Part shown: piece after piece, positions 22,801 through 34,947 of the stretch
Position numbering within the stretch: the first letter of the stretch is position 1
Layout of the letters: each line of letters starts with the position of its first letter
Source of the DNA: an uncultured Planctomycetaceae bacterium
Lineage (GTDB): Bacteria; Planctomycetota; Planctomycetia; Pirellulales; PALSA-1355
Direction of reading: 5' to 3'
DNA length: 64,000 bases
NCBI GenBank assembly: GCA_963785305.1
Contig: CAWAUV010000004.1
Coordinates: 128,001-192,000 of the forward strand
Made by a program: the position numbers and the translations under genes
Notes under the pieces: model-generated
Seen by the model: only the letters and a program-made list of their open reading frames with translations
Database searches by the model: none
Told to the model about the DNA's origin: nothing

Positions 22801-23891
22801 CGAACTTGCGCGGGTTCGATCGCGACGAACAACAGGCGCTTGCTGAAATGCTGCTGCCCTCGGCGGTTCGCGCCGCGATGAAGCGATCGAAAGCCGGCTA
22901 TGCCTATGTCTCGCTCGATCCGGTCGTGCGTCAACCGCCGCTCGAAGGGCTGCTGCTCGACGCGGCGGCCGATAAGTACGTAGCCGAACTTTTGCCCCCG
23001 CTCAGTTATGCGCCATCGGCCATCCTGCTCCTCGGCCGGACGCGAATCCGCGCGACCCGGGAGCAAAAACCGGTTTCGCTGCTCGCCGTGGGAGTCGGGC
23101 GCCCCTCGACGGCGCGCGACCCGGCGTCGGCGGACTCGCCGGGCGCCTCGCTCGCGTCGACGTCGGCCGTGGTATCGGTCGACACCGAGTCAACCGCGAA
23201 ACCAACGTTCGACGCCGCGACCACCGGCCTCGCAACCGTTGGCGCGCATTATCTGGCGATCGGCGGTTCGCTCGCGCCGCTGTGGGTGGCCGAGCAGGAA
23301 TGCGCTCGTATCGAAAGCCGATTCGCGAAAGCGGCCCCGCGACCCGATTCACCGCCGCTCGATATATTGCGGCTCGAGGGCAACGCGGCGACCAAGAGCC
23401 GAGTGCGCGAGGCGCTCGCCGGCCGGGCGTTCGTGCATTTGGCGGCCCGAGGCGCGACCGACGATCGCCGCGGCGAGCTCTTCGGCACCGCCGCGCTGGC
23501 CAGCGACCCGGCAGCTCCGCCCGACGAACGATTTCTCGCCCTAAGCCAACTTCCCGCGTTGCCGCTCGGCGCCTGCCAACTCGTGGCGCTCGGCCATTGG
23601 GCGCCGAGGGCGTCGTCGCAGCGCGGCGGCGACCCGAACGATTGGCTCGCGCTCGGGTTCATGGCCGCGGGAGCGGAAGATGTGTTGATGAGTCAATGGT
23701 CCGGCGACGACGACGCGGCGGCATTGCTCGTCGAATCGTTCTGGAGTCATGTGGCCGGGGACCTCGAGCGGAAGACTCCGCCAAGATTTGCCGCCGCGCT
23801 CGCGGCGGCCCGGGCCGATGTTCGCCGCGATAGCCGCTTTCATGCGCCGCGCTACTGGGCCTCGTGGATGCTCGTCGGGCCGACACACTGA
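19858..23891 (+). CDS. TPR-repeat plus CHAT-domain protein with putative signal peptide; several frameshifts (~19890, 20008, 20060, 20385, 20515, 21770, 22203)
   Basis: TPR arrays (VAGVLNSLAAIAL, LDQLGASH), RAEFFSHFREAFDLLVDW, SLLYYHFG, LEGNAATKSRV, FMAAGAEDVLMSQW, and C-terminal HAPRYWASWMLVG. The start is inferred (TTG 19858, MNKVSLLLALF...). Confidence 0.82.
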
Positions 23892-24078
23892 AGCGGCGCG
23901 TCTTTTCCGGCGCCGCGTGGGTGACTCCGCCCGAGCGCTCGATTATGATCGGCGAGTCCCGTCCCTGGCGGTCTCGATCCCCTCTCTGGCCGCCGGCGCC
24001 CGTGGGCTCGTCCTCGGCGACCCCTTCTCGATGCCCCGTCCCGGTTGGCCGCCCGAAAACAATGCTTGAATCGCGACG

Positions 24079-27000
24079 ATGGACTTGAACTTCGTTCCAA
24101 TCTTGCTGCTGCTGTTGCTGGTCGTGACGATCGTCGGCCATGGCGTCTGGGTGCTCTTCGCGGCGATCTTCGGCGCTATCTTTCGGGCCGACGCCGCCGT
24201 GAGCCATCGGGCGCGGCGACGGGACGACGACGCGTTTATGCGACACCACGGCGCGGGGCCGCCATCGGTTGTCGATCGGCTTGCGTCGATCGATGGCCCG
24301 CGAACGATTCAGTCGCTTCAAACGCTCCAGGAGCAAGTGAATCGCTTCTTGGAGAGCGGCCTGATCGACCCGGCGGCGCATGACCGCGTGAGCGCTGTCA
24401 TCGTCGAGGAGTTGCGGCTCGCGCGCGGCGAGGTTCCGGCGGCCGAGCCCGCGAAATCGCGCGAGACCGCCGCATTTGCCGATATCGCGTCCGGCGCCGC
24501 CGCCGACGATGTCGCCGTCGATGAGTTGGAAGTGATCGAGACACCGCGCCCGGCCGAGCACTCGCCCGTCGAGCCCGCGCCGAGGGACACGCGACCACCC
24601 TGGCTGCACGAGCTGGAGAGTTTCACCGCGCGAAACGTCGAAGCCGCCGGCTCGACTGATACAATCTCGGACGATGCGGCGCACGAGCGCGACCAACGGT
24701 TCATGCGGCAAACGGCCGCCGCGCCGCCAACGGCATCCAGACCCACGCCAGCGCCCGCGCCTGGTCCGATCTGTTCGCCGCCTTCTTGGAGGAAAAGAAT
24801 ATCCGCTGGGGCGAGCTCGTCGGCGGACTGTTGATCGTTGGCTGCTCGATCGCCCTGGTGATCAGTTTTTGGGCTCGGATCGCCGAGCGGCCGTTCCTGA
24901 AATTCTTCGTGTTCAATGGCGTGACGGCGGCCCTGTTTGGACTCGGACTTTATTCCGAGCACCGCTGGCGACTGCGGACCACGAGCCGCGGACTTTTGCT
25001 CATCGCCGCGCTGCTTACGCCGCTCAATTTCCTGGCGATCGCCGCCTTCAATCGACCGGCGACGAGCGACTACTTGCTGCTGGGGGGCGAGCTCGCGTCG
25101 ACCGCGATCTTCGTCGGGCTACTCCATGGCGCTGGCCGAATCTTGGTCCCGGGCAGCCCGTGGTTGGTGGTGATCGGCGTGCTCGCGCCGTCGGTAATGC
25201 AACTGTTGACGCGGCGCTTCGTGCATCACGACACGCCGCTGATCGCCGAATGGCTGGGGCTTGGAACCGTGGCGGTGATGGGCGCCGTCAATGGTGCAAT
25301 GACGTGGCGGAAACCCGCATTGCCCACCGAGGGGGCCGAGCAGTCGCCTTCGACCGAGGCGCGGAGCGCTGTCGACGCCACTGACATGCACGCCGCGCGG
25401 GCCGATGAAGAGACTCTCGCGCCCGCGAGCCCCGACCGAGGCGCGTGCGACAATTCCGAGGCGGCGTTTTGTCTGTTGGGCTTGAGTGGGTTCGCTTCCG
25501 CGCTGGCGATCGCGCTGATGTGCGCGCGGCTTGGGCCATTTTTTGAAAGTATTCACCGACTGGCGTTTGAGCTCACGGTGGCAGGCGCCACGCCGCTTGC
25601 CGTCGGGCTGCTGCATTGGCGTCGGCTGTCGGTGGCTCGATGGCCCACTCAAAACACTGCCGCTTTGAGCATTGGGGTCGGTGGCGCGTTGCTCATGCTT
25701 GGCGCGGTCGCGGCGGCTTGGCCGACTCCGGCCGTGGTCCTGCCTAGCGCGGTTTTCGCCGCGGCGGTGTTGACCGCGGTCGCGTTTGTCTTCGATATCG
25801 CGGCAACGCATCTGCTCGTGGCCGGAATCACGACGATCGCGACACTCGTCGTCGGGGCCTTTTTCGCGGGCAAGCTCCCTTGGCACAATCACGGCGCCGC
25901 ACAATCGATCGAGTCGCTGTTTTTGGCCGAAAATGGTCGCATTCTGGCGTTGTTGGCATCGGTTTATGCCGCCGCTTGGATGGCATTGAGTCGCCGCCCG
26001 CGATCGGAGGAACACGCGCGCTTCATCGCCTGGGGCGGAATCGGAATCGCGGCGATCAGTATTGGTCTGACGACGTGGTTTGGATTTGGCCGCTGGGGCG
26101 ATCCCGCGCGAGTGACGCTCGTTTACGCGTTTTACATGGTCGCGGCCTATTTCGTGGCCCGGCGCTCCGGCAATCCTTGGGCGCTCGCGGCGGGCGCCGG
26201 ATTGTCGCTCTTGGCCTCGATCCAGGGCATCGTCTATTGGCTCGGCGATCAACCTGGAATCGAAACACGCTGGACAACCGGACTGCTGGTCGTCGCGGGT
26301 CTTTGGACACTGGCCGCCGCGGCGATCTCGCGCTGGCAAACTCCAGAGCGGCGGGAGCTATTCGCGCCGCTGCTCCTACGCGGCGCGACATGGTTGGCGG
26401 TCGCGGTGACGCTGGGGCTAATTTTCTTGGCTCAAGCTACTTGGCCCGGCGACATTGCAGCGCCGCGTTGGATGTTACACGAACGCGTCCCGCTCACCGA
26501 CGTGAATTGCGCTTCATTGGCTCGGACTCTCGGCCCTTTGGTTGGGGTTGGCCTGTTGGTCACGGAGCGACGCGAGCTCCTATTTCGCGGCGTTTCAGGC
26601 TTCGCTCGCGGTCGCGATCGGCTATGGTCTGGCGATCGCATTGAAGCGTCAAACTTGGTTTATCTTGGCGCGAGAACCCTGGTTCGATCCGTGGACGATC
26701 ATCGCCCTGGGAACAGCGCTCGCGGCTCAAAGCCTCGCTTGGAGTCTCGCGCGCGACTTGCCAGGCAAGCGCCGATCGTGGATCGCGCCCCCGGCGACTC
26801 GCAATCTTGCTCGATCCACCCTGGCCTGCCGTGGACGTTTGGTTCCGCTGGCTTTCGCTCGCGGTTTTCGTGGCGCTGGCGACCTACGCCGCCTACCCCG
26901 GCATTTGCAATGAGTTATTGCCGGCGCCGAGCGGGACAGCGTCGAGCGTCACACAATCCCTCGAACGATTCGAGTTCCCCGCCATGCCCCACGATCATGC

Positions 27001-30000
27001 GCACGGCTGGGGGATGTGGCTTTACTCGGTTGTGCTCGGCGCCGGCCTCGCGATCGCATTCATCGTCGAAGGCACGCCATTGTTACTGCTTGGCGCAACG
27101 CTGCTAATGGCCGCGATTTGCCCGCTCGTGGCCAGTTTCTGGCAATCCGACACGGCGACGGCATCGGCCCTGCGTTGGCTCGCGGCCGGAAGCTTGTTTG
27201 TATTTTCGGCTCCGGTCTGGGAGCGATGGCGACTGCTGCGTCTGGCCGCGATTGCGCATTGGAAATGGAGGGGCAAGTGGCGGCGGTTGCTGCGCGACGC
27301 GAGTTGGCTCACCGCGGCGGCGATAACGCTCGCGGTGGCGCCTCTGGGCCTGATTGCGATCTGTTCCGCGGTTGCCTCGCTTCGGCCAATGCACCCTTTG
27401 AGAAGCCTGGGGATGGTGGTCTGGCCGCTAGGATTCGCGCTCGCGGCGATGGCGATTGGTGAGCTGTCGCTCGGTGTTTGGCGCGCGAGCGCCCTTGCGG
27501 GATACGATCGGCTCCTTGGAAACCGGCGGCGCGATGACGAGCCATCGAGCGGACTCGGCTCGGCGAGCGCGGCGCCGTTTATCGCATTGCTGCTGTATTT
27601 GATTTGCGTACTGCTGCTGATTCCGGCGGCGGGGAACAATGTGAATCCCGCCAGTATCTTCGGCCTCATGGGGCCATCGGCCTCGCATGCCGCGCCGCTG
27701 CTGTTGATCGCGTTGGCGCTGGTGGGCTATGCGATCCGCGAGCGATCCGACGACTTCGCGCAAGCTGCTTGTCTCGTGACACAACTCGCCGCGTTGCTCG
27801 CTTATTACCTGGCGCCCGCGATGCGCAATCTCCCCTGGGATTGGATGCAATGGATTCGAGCAGCGCAGTTGAACGCGATCGTGGCGGCGTTGACCGGGCT
27901 TGTTTGGCTGGCGGCGATGGCCGGCTGGACACGCCGCCAGCGCCGCGGAATGTGGGTGAGACCCGGTTTGCGCACTCAGTTGAGTTTGCCGTTTGGATTC
28001 AATCTGTTGGTGCTCGCGCCCGCTTGGTTCGCGATCGTTTGGGATCCGCAACTCGGCCGGCGCGAGCTCGCGCCGATCGTTGACCACTGGGGATGGGCAG
28101 CGTTTGCCTTGGCCTTGAGCGGCACGATCGCCGTTGCCCTGAGCGAGCGGACGAACAAGCGGACAGCCGCCTGGAAGAGGCACTCGGTTTCGCTTTTCGC
28201 GTGGCTGCCGTTCGCGGGCGGCGCGTTCGTGGCGGCGAATATCGGGAGCTGGCGCAATGTCGATTGGGCCGCGTTTCATGCGATTCTGACGTATCAGACC
28301 GGGTTCATGGTCGCGGTGGCGATCGGTCTCGCGCTGCGGCCTTCGCTTCGAGCCCAGCAATTCCCGTCGGCTGGCGACGATGGCGGCTCGCCAGCGATCG
28401 GGTCGCTCGAGGCGCGGCGCGGCGCGGTGTTGCCGCTGTTCGCGGTGACCGCGATCACGGCGGCGCTGGCCTTGCGAGCGGCGTGGAACGAACCCGCGCC
28501 GCTTGCTTGGAGTTCGTTGCCGCTCGTAGCGGTGGGCGGAGTGTTCGCTTGGCTTGCGGCGTGGCTAATTCGTCCGAATTTGCTCTACTTGGCGGCCGTG
28601 GCGTTCAACGCCGCGGCGTCGGCGGCGATGTTGCCTTGGTTGAGAACGTCGCCCTGGCCTTGGCCCTGGGGCGACTGGGCGCGGCTGCAACGTTTGTTGC
28701 AAGTCAATGTCATCGTCCTGGCCGCTCCGGCTGGGCTCTGGGCGCTGCTCGAGCGCCGAGTGTTTCGTCGCGCGGAAGATGGCGCGGACCGCGCATTGCG
28801 AGTGCCGCCGCATCAGTTGGCCGCCTATGTGTCATCGCTCGCCATGGCGGTGCTCGTGGCCCGCGGATTATGGGCCGACGTTCACGGACAGCCACTTCAG
28901 TTTTGGATCACTTGGCAATGGGGGGCGATGATCGCCACCTTGCTCGCCGCGATTGCATGTCTTTGGGACAAGCATGTGCCCGATGCGATTCCGCTCATTT
29001 ATCTCGGCGGCTTGCTCACGCTAGGCGTGGCGCTCGACGGTCTCGATCTTTCCCTCATGCGGCTCGAATGGTTGGGCACGATTTTTCTGGCGGGCCACGG
29101 CCTCGCGACCAGCTATCTTTGGAGCCGGCGGGAGGGATTGCTGGCGATCGGTGACCGGCTGGCGATTCCGCGTCGAAGGGCCGATGCGGAATCGCCCGCG
29201 GCATGGATCGTGGCGGCCAATGGTCTGCTCGCGGGAGTGGTGATCGCGCTGGCCTTCGCGATTGAGTTGACGTTCGCCGATCGACCGACGCGCCTGCTGG
29301 TGGCCAACGCGGTGCTTGTGCAGCCCTTGGCCATGGGATTGTTGGCGCGGGGCGCCCGGCGCTCGCGGTTGCAAAGCGTTGCCTTGGCGCTGGGCGCCGT
29401 GGCGGCGGTTGCCGTTGGCTGGGCGCCGCTCGAGCCCGGCGCCGCGGGCGAATTGCTGGATCGGCTGGTGGTGGTGCTGGCGGCTCTGTCGCTGGTATCG
29501 ATCGTGTATGGGCTCGCGCTGGCGAAGCTTCTGCCTCGCGGGAGCGAGTGGCTGTTGGCCGCGCGGCGCATCAGCGGCAAGCTGATGATCGGCGCCGGGG
29601 TGTCGGCCGCGCTGGTAATCGGCGCTGAAGCGTGGCTCGCCGCGCTCGGACGCGCGGCCGACATGTCGTCTTGGGCCATCGCGCTCGTGGCGCTCGCCTT
29701 TGCCGGCTCATGCGCCGCCGCTCTCGCCGCGGCGGTGCTGCCTGGTCGCGACCCGCTCGGGCTCTCGGATCGAGGCCGCCAAGCATATGTCTACGGGGCG
29801 GAAGTCTGCCTCGGGTTGCTGTTCGTGCATCTACGGCTCACGATGCCGTGGCTCTTTCACGGAGTCTTCGAACGCTACTGGCCGCTGATCGTAATGCTGA
29901 TCGCCTATGTTGGCGCCGGCGTGGGAGAGCGATTGCGGCGCACTCGGTTCGTCGTGCTCGGCGAGCCGCTCGAACGCACCGGGGCTCTTTTGCCGCTACT

Positions 30001-30640
30001 GCCGGTCGTGGGGTTTTGGATTCTACCGTCGGGCGCGGTCGACTATTCGCTGCTGCTCATGGCCGTGGGGCTATTGTATTTCGGACTTGCGGTGGCTCGC
30101 AAAAGCTTTGGCTTCAGTGTTCTCGCCGCGTTTGCCGCGAATGGCAGTCTCTGGTGGTTGCTCCATCGCTGGGAAGGCTATCGGCTGCTCGATCACCCGC
30201 AGCTTTGGCTTGTTCCGCCGGCGTTGTGCGTGCTCATCGCCGCGGAATTGAACAAAAGGCAACTGGCCTCGGCCCAGATGGCGTCGATTCGTTATGCGTG
30301 CGGCGCGATGATCTATGTGTCGTCGACCGCCGACATTTTCTTGCGCGGCGTCGCCCAAGCGCCTTGGCTGCCGTTGGTGCTGGGGGCGCTGGCCATCGTG
30401 GGCGTGTTGGCGGGAATCTGGCTTCGAGTGCGGGCGTTTCTCTTCTTGGGCGTGGCGTTTTTGGCGATATCGCTGCTCACGATCATTTGGTATGCGGCCG
30501 TCGATCTCGAAATGACCTGGCTCTGGAGCGTGACCGGTATCGTGGCCGGGGTGCTGATTATCGCCCTATTCGCGGTTTTCGAAAAACAACGCGACACGCT
30601 GCTCAAGGCCGTCGAGCAACTCAAGACCTGGCAAGCCTGA
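24079..30640 (+). CDS. Giant multi-pass membrane protein (~2,190 aa stitched); frameshifts near 24755, 26520 and 26815
   Basis: Consecutive hydrophobic ORF segments in frames 24079, 24786, 26542 and 26807. Contains EEKNIRWGELVGGLLIVGCSIALVISFW, and ends in YVSSTADIF...RVRAFLFLG...IALFAVFEKQR. Confidence 0.78.
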
Positions 30641-31803
30641 GAAGGCGCGTAGACTTCGAGCCGAGTAAGCAAGACCGTCATATCGTCGGATTGCTCTCCG
30701 GCGGTAAACCGCCGAACCGATTCCAGAATGCCTCTCGCTTGCTCGGCCACCGGCCGATCGGCGAGCCCGGCGATGGTCTGAAAGATTCGCTCGCGTCCGA
30801 ACTGTTGATTATCCCGAGAGAAGCTTTCCTCGATCCCGTCGGTCATTAAAAGAATGAAATCGCCGGGCTCCACGGTCGTCTCGCTGGTAGTATAGGTCGC
30901 CTCGGGCAGCCATCCCAAAGGCGGCCCCGTGCTCAGCAGTTGCGACTTTAAGTTGCACTGATGCGATAAGACATAGCCTGCATGTCCCGCGCCGGCGTAG
31001 TGGAAGCGACCTTCGTCGACGAGCAATTGGCCAACGAATAGCGTCACGAAACGCCCATCCGCCAGGTCGTCGACCAGCAGTTGATTCACGGCGGACAGCA
31101 AGGAACCCAAGTCGCGATGCTGTCGACTCAAGGCGCGCAAATAGGCCTTCGCGGCGACCGAAACCAACGCGGAGGCGAATCCGTGGCCGCTGGCGTCGCC
31201 GATCATCAGGGTGACTTCGCCCAGGGGGCCCACCACGCAGTCGAGGAAGTCGCCACCGGCGGCGTCGGCGAACCTTGTTGCCCCGCCGATCTCGCAACCG
31301 GGAACTTGCGGGAACGACTTCGGCAGCATCGCCTCCTGAACAAGCTTTGCGGCAGTCACTTCGCGTTCGAGGTGCTTGCGAATCGTGATGTCGGAAACGG
31401 CCGCGACGACAAAGCGACCGGCGGCGTTTGTCACGGGCGTTAGTCCGATCTCGACGGGGAATTCGCGACCCTGCCGGTCGATGGCGCGAACCTCGCGTCC
31501 GACTCCCATCACGCGCGCGTGCGGGTCCTTGAGAAACGATCGCATTAGTTCCGGGTGCTGGGTCCGGTAAGTCGGCGGGATCAATAGTTCGACCGGTTGG
31601 CCGACCAGTTCGGAATCCGAAAATCCGAAAAGCTGATTGGCCTGTCGGTTGGTGAATGCGATCCGTCCGCGCTCGTCGATCGCAAGAATGGCGAGCGGCG
31701 CTCCTTGCAGAAACGAGAACGCCAAATCGCCGGAAGTCGCCGCGGTTGTTAGGGCGTGCTTCGTATTCAACGTTTTGAGGATCCGAAGTAGTTTTTCGTC
31801 CAA
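30313..31803 (-). CDS. PAS-domain PP2C/SpoIIE-type phosphatase (RsbU/RsbP-like); true 3' end probably near 30640
   Basis: PAS: ILAIDERGRIAFTNRQANQLFG...FPVEIGL. PP2C: GGDFLD, IGDASGHG, FVTLF, AGAGH, MTDGIEE and SDDMT. The last ~110 codons run antisense over the neighbouring gene. Confidence 0.9.
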   Translation of the reverse strand: MDEKLLRILKTLNTKHALTTAATSGDLAFSFLQGAPLAILAIDERGRIAFTNRQANQLFGFSDSELVGQPVELLIPPTYRTQHPELMRSFLKDPHARVMGVGREVRAIDRQGREFPVEIGLTPVTNAAGRFVVAAVSDITIRKHLEREVTAAKLVQEAMLPKSFPQVPGCEIGGATRFADAAGGDFLDCVVGPLGEVTLMIGDASGHGFASALVSVAAKAYLRALSRQHRDLGSLLSAVNQLLVDDLADGRFVTLFVGQLLVDEGRFHYAGAGHAGYVLSHQCNLKSQLLSTGPPLGWLPEATYTTSETTVEPGDFILLMTDGIEESFSRDNQQFGRERIFQTIAGLADRPVAEQARGILESVRRFTAGEQSDDMTVLLTRLEVYAPSQACQVLSCSTALSSVSRCFSKTANRAIISTPATIPVTLQSQVISRSTAAYQMIVSSDIAKNATPKKRNARTRSQIPANTPTMASAPSTNGSQGAWATPRKKMSAVDDT

Positions 31804-31807
31804 CGCC

Positions 31808-34444
31808 TCAATGGCGAAGATCGGCCATGGCGGCGGCGTTTGGTGGAAGGTCCCAGCCGAGCGAGGCCCAGCCGTCGGCTAGCTTTACGAAGCGCAGCGG
31901 CGCCTTGCCGGCGCAGTTGCCAGGCCCCGGGCAGCGACAGGCCGTTGCTCGTCTTCGACTCCGGAAACACGAGCTCTTGCATGCGGCTCTTGATCTTGCC
32001 CTGGCGACCGCTTTCGTTGGGTGTGCCCGGGAATGGAGTGACCGTGAGATTTCGCGCGTGAATCGCAGACCATTGCAGCGCTGGGCGACTTTGTATTCAG
32101 CCCGAATGATTTTGTTTTCGGCGCCGTTTTCGCCCGATTCGATGGCGCGGAGCCGCAACTCGATCGTGAAGCGGTCGTCGCGAATCGAAACCACGACCGG
32201 CCGATGCTCGGCAAACACGATCTTCCACGGCCGCGACGGCTCGGGCGGATTTTTGGCCGCGTCGCCGATTGGGCGTTCCGGTTTCGGTTCGCCCGCAGCG
32301 CGCGGCTTCACATCGCCGCCGTCGGCGGCTTCGGGGCAATCGTCGTTTTCGTCGGACTCGGCCGCGGCGGTGGGCAAATGGAGCGCGTCGATCTGGGCTT
32401 TCGTGATCGTGGCGCCGGCGAGCATCGCCTCGGCCCAATTGTTGATGGCCGATTCGTGCAACCGCACCTTCAACGCCGAGCCGGCTTCGACCGCCGGCGG
32501 GGCCGTCGTGGCGGCAAGTTCCGCGGGACGAGCCTCGACCGCCGAAATCGACAACCAGTCGGCGGTGGTTTGCATTGCCAGCGGCTGCGGAAATGCCCGA
32601 CGCACAAGCAGCGGGTTTCTAAGCCGGGTCAGATAGTCGTCGTTGGCGCGACCGATCGTGCGGGCAAGCTCGGCGTCGAGCCGGGCGCTGGCCCGGGCGG
32701 CGGCGTGTCGCGACGAAGCTTGCTCGGCCTGGGGTTTCGATTCGGCCACTTTACGCGAGGCGATCCGCTGAACGAGTCCCAACGCTGAATTGGTCGCCAC
32801 GCCATTGATGCGCGTCGAGGTGGTCGCGTTCACTGTCGGCTTTCGCCATCGCACTCCCAGCGCATCAAACTCGATAATCGCCTCGCCGCGAAGTTCGGTG
32901 AGACCCGTGGCATAGATCGTCGCCGGTCCATTGACGCCCACGGTGCTCGAGGAAGTGGTCGCGCTGAGTTGGGTCAAAAACAACGCCTGACGCGTGTCGG
33001 GCACAAAGGTCAGCCGCACATCGCCGGCTGTAAGGCCCCGACCGCGCACATTGGTTCCGAGAATGTTCTCGTTGATCGCGATCGGCTCATTGTCGAGTCG
33101 CCGGGCCACGCCGATGGCGGCCAGCGGCCGCGCGATTTCGATCTGGAAATTGGGCCGCGTTTCAAGCGGCCGAAGGGCAAGCCGCGCGGGATAGGCCTGA
33201 TGATTGTCGACCAGCCAGCCCAGGCGCGCGTCGACCGCGGCGGCGCCTTCGGTCGTGGGCGACGCCAGATATTTGGTCAGGTCGTCGGCCAGACCATCGA
33301 GCGCTTGTTCGAAATCGACCCGGAGCCGGGTGTAGTCGGGCGGCGAGCCGGCGAGCTGGCAGTAATGGTCGAGCGCCGCGGCAAGCGGTTTGCCGCGACT
33401 CGAATTCACGCCTTCGACCTCGGCAAGCGGCGCCGCGAACCCGGCGGCGAGCTCGCGAAGGAGCTTCACGTCGGGCATTGGCGCGGCGAGCGTTTGCTTG
33501 AGCGAATCGAACTTTAGCCGCTTGAACATTTCGGGCCCGCGTGTTTCGCGCTCGGCATAGCGCTCGAAGCGGGCGACTTCGACCTCGACCGCCTGCTTGT
33601 CATTGGCCAGGGCCTGCTCGCGATTGTCGAGCCGCTGGGCAGCGCGCGTTTCGCGGTAGCGGCGCAGGGCGTTCGACACATTCCGATACCAAGGTTTTTC
33701 CAGGCCGCGTTTCTGGGCCAGAAACTCGCTTTTGGCGTCGAAGCGGTCTTCGATCGCCTGGAGCGCCTCGAGGCTAGGTTCCTGGGCGACAACGAGCGTC
33801 TTGAGCGCCGGCAGGTCGAGTTCGCTTGCCGACACTCCATCGGGCCCGGCGGTTCCCGGGGCGGTTTTAGAGAATCTCGCTTCGAGCAGCCCGAGCGCCG
33901 CGGCCAAGGCTTGGCGATCTCGCTCGACTGCCGCCGAGTCGACGGAGAACAAAAAGCCGCCGGGCAGCGGTGCAAACGGCATGAATTTGCTCGGCTTGCG
34001 AATGGTCCGACGCCATGAGCTTGGCTGCCCACCAGGGCGCCACGCGATCCGACACATGAGCGAACAGCGGAGCGTCGAGCCCGGCGGCTCCGCTTTGGAA
34101 TCGCACCCAGGTGTCGGCCGCGGCGTCGGGCGTCGCGTCGGCCGAGTGTTTGGCGGCCTGCTCCAGAGCTTTGAGCCCGAGAAAGTCTCGCCAGCGGGCG
34201 CCGTTCGCTCCCGGGCCGAGCCAGCGATTCAGTTCGTCGATCGCGCACTCAAGCTCGGCGGATCGCTGGATGAGCAGATCACTTTGGCTCGACGACGACG
34301 GCTTCGGCTCGGCCGCCATCGACGGCGCGATGGTCGTGGTCAGGGCGGCGCCAGCGCCGGGAGTAGGATCGCGGCCCAGATTACGAAAAATCCATTTTGA
34401 CGAACATCGTCGAGGCGTGGGGAAACATGTCCGCGAATTTTCAT
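31808..34444 (-). CDS. Large secreted hypothetical protein; frameshifts near 34345, 33955, 32040 and 31915
   Basis: Hydrophobic N-terminus, then a helical region (LNRWLGPGANGARWRDFL), then a beta-rich region (ENILGTNVRGRG, TVGVNGPATIYATG, VRLHESAINN). Confidence 0.65.
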
Positions 34445-34947
34445 GATATTTCCGTTTTCGTTGAAAAACGCGTGGGGTGAGACGCCGCGATTGTCGCCGC
34501 GAAGCGAACGGAGGCGGTGGCCTCTAACTCCATGCTGAGCATTCGGTTGGATGCAGCCCGAGGCCAGGGAACGCAGTCCCGCGAAACTCCGAGCCGGGAG
34601 GGCCACCGCGAAGCGCCGGCATCAAATATTTTCATCCATGCTACCCAAATCGCGTCGCTGCGGGAATCGACAAAATTTCCCCCGCTTTCCGCCGCGGCAA
34701 TTCGGGTGATTGCATTCCGAGGCTCGGTGGCGCAGGATGGGCGGCTCGCAAACCCGGCTCTTGACGGCGCCACCACCCGGTCGACGACCCGAGGCCGACA
34801 AACCACAAGGTTTTTTCTGGGAGCTGCGGCGCCTTTGCCGCCTTCCCGGGTGTTTGCGTTTTCACGATCGCTTTGCCCTTGGGGGCCGAGCGAGCCGGCC
34901 CGAGGCGGTCCGGCGCCGTTTTTTGTAACCAGGAGGGAAAGGTTTCC

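Noticed and set aside
34560..34610. Cobalamin riboswitch (gggaa...cccgc...gagccggga)
   Set aside because: The conserved core spacing and B12-box are missing, and there is no B12-related gene downstream.
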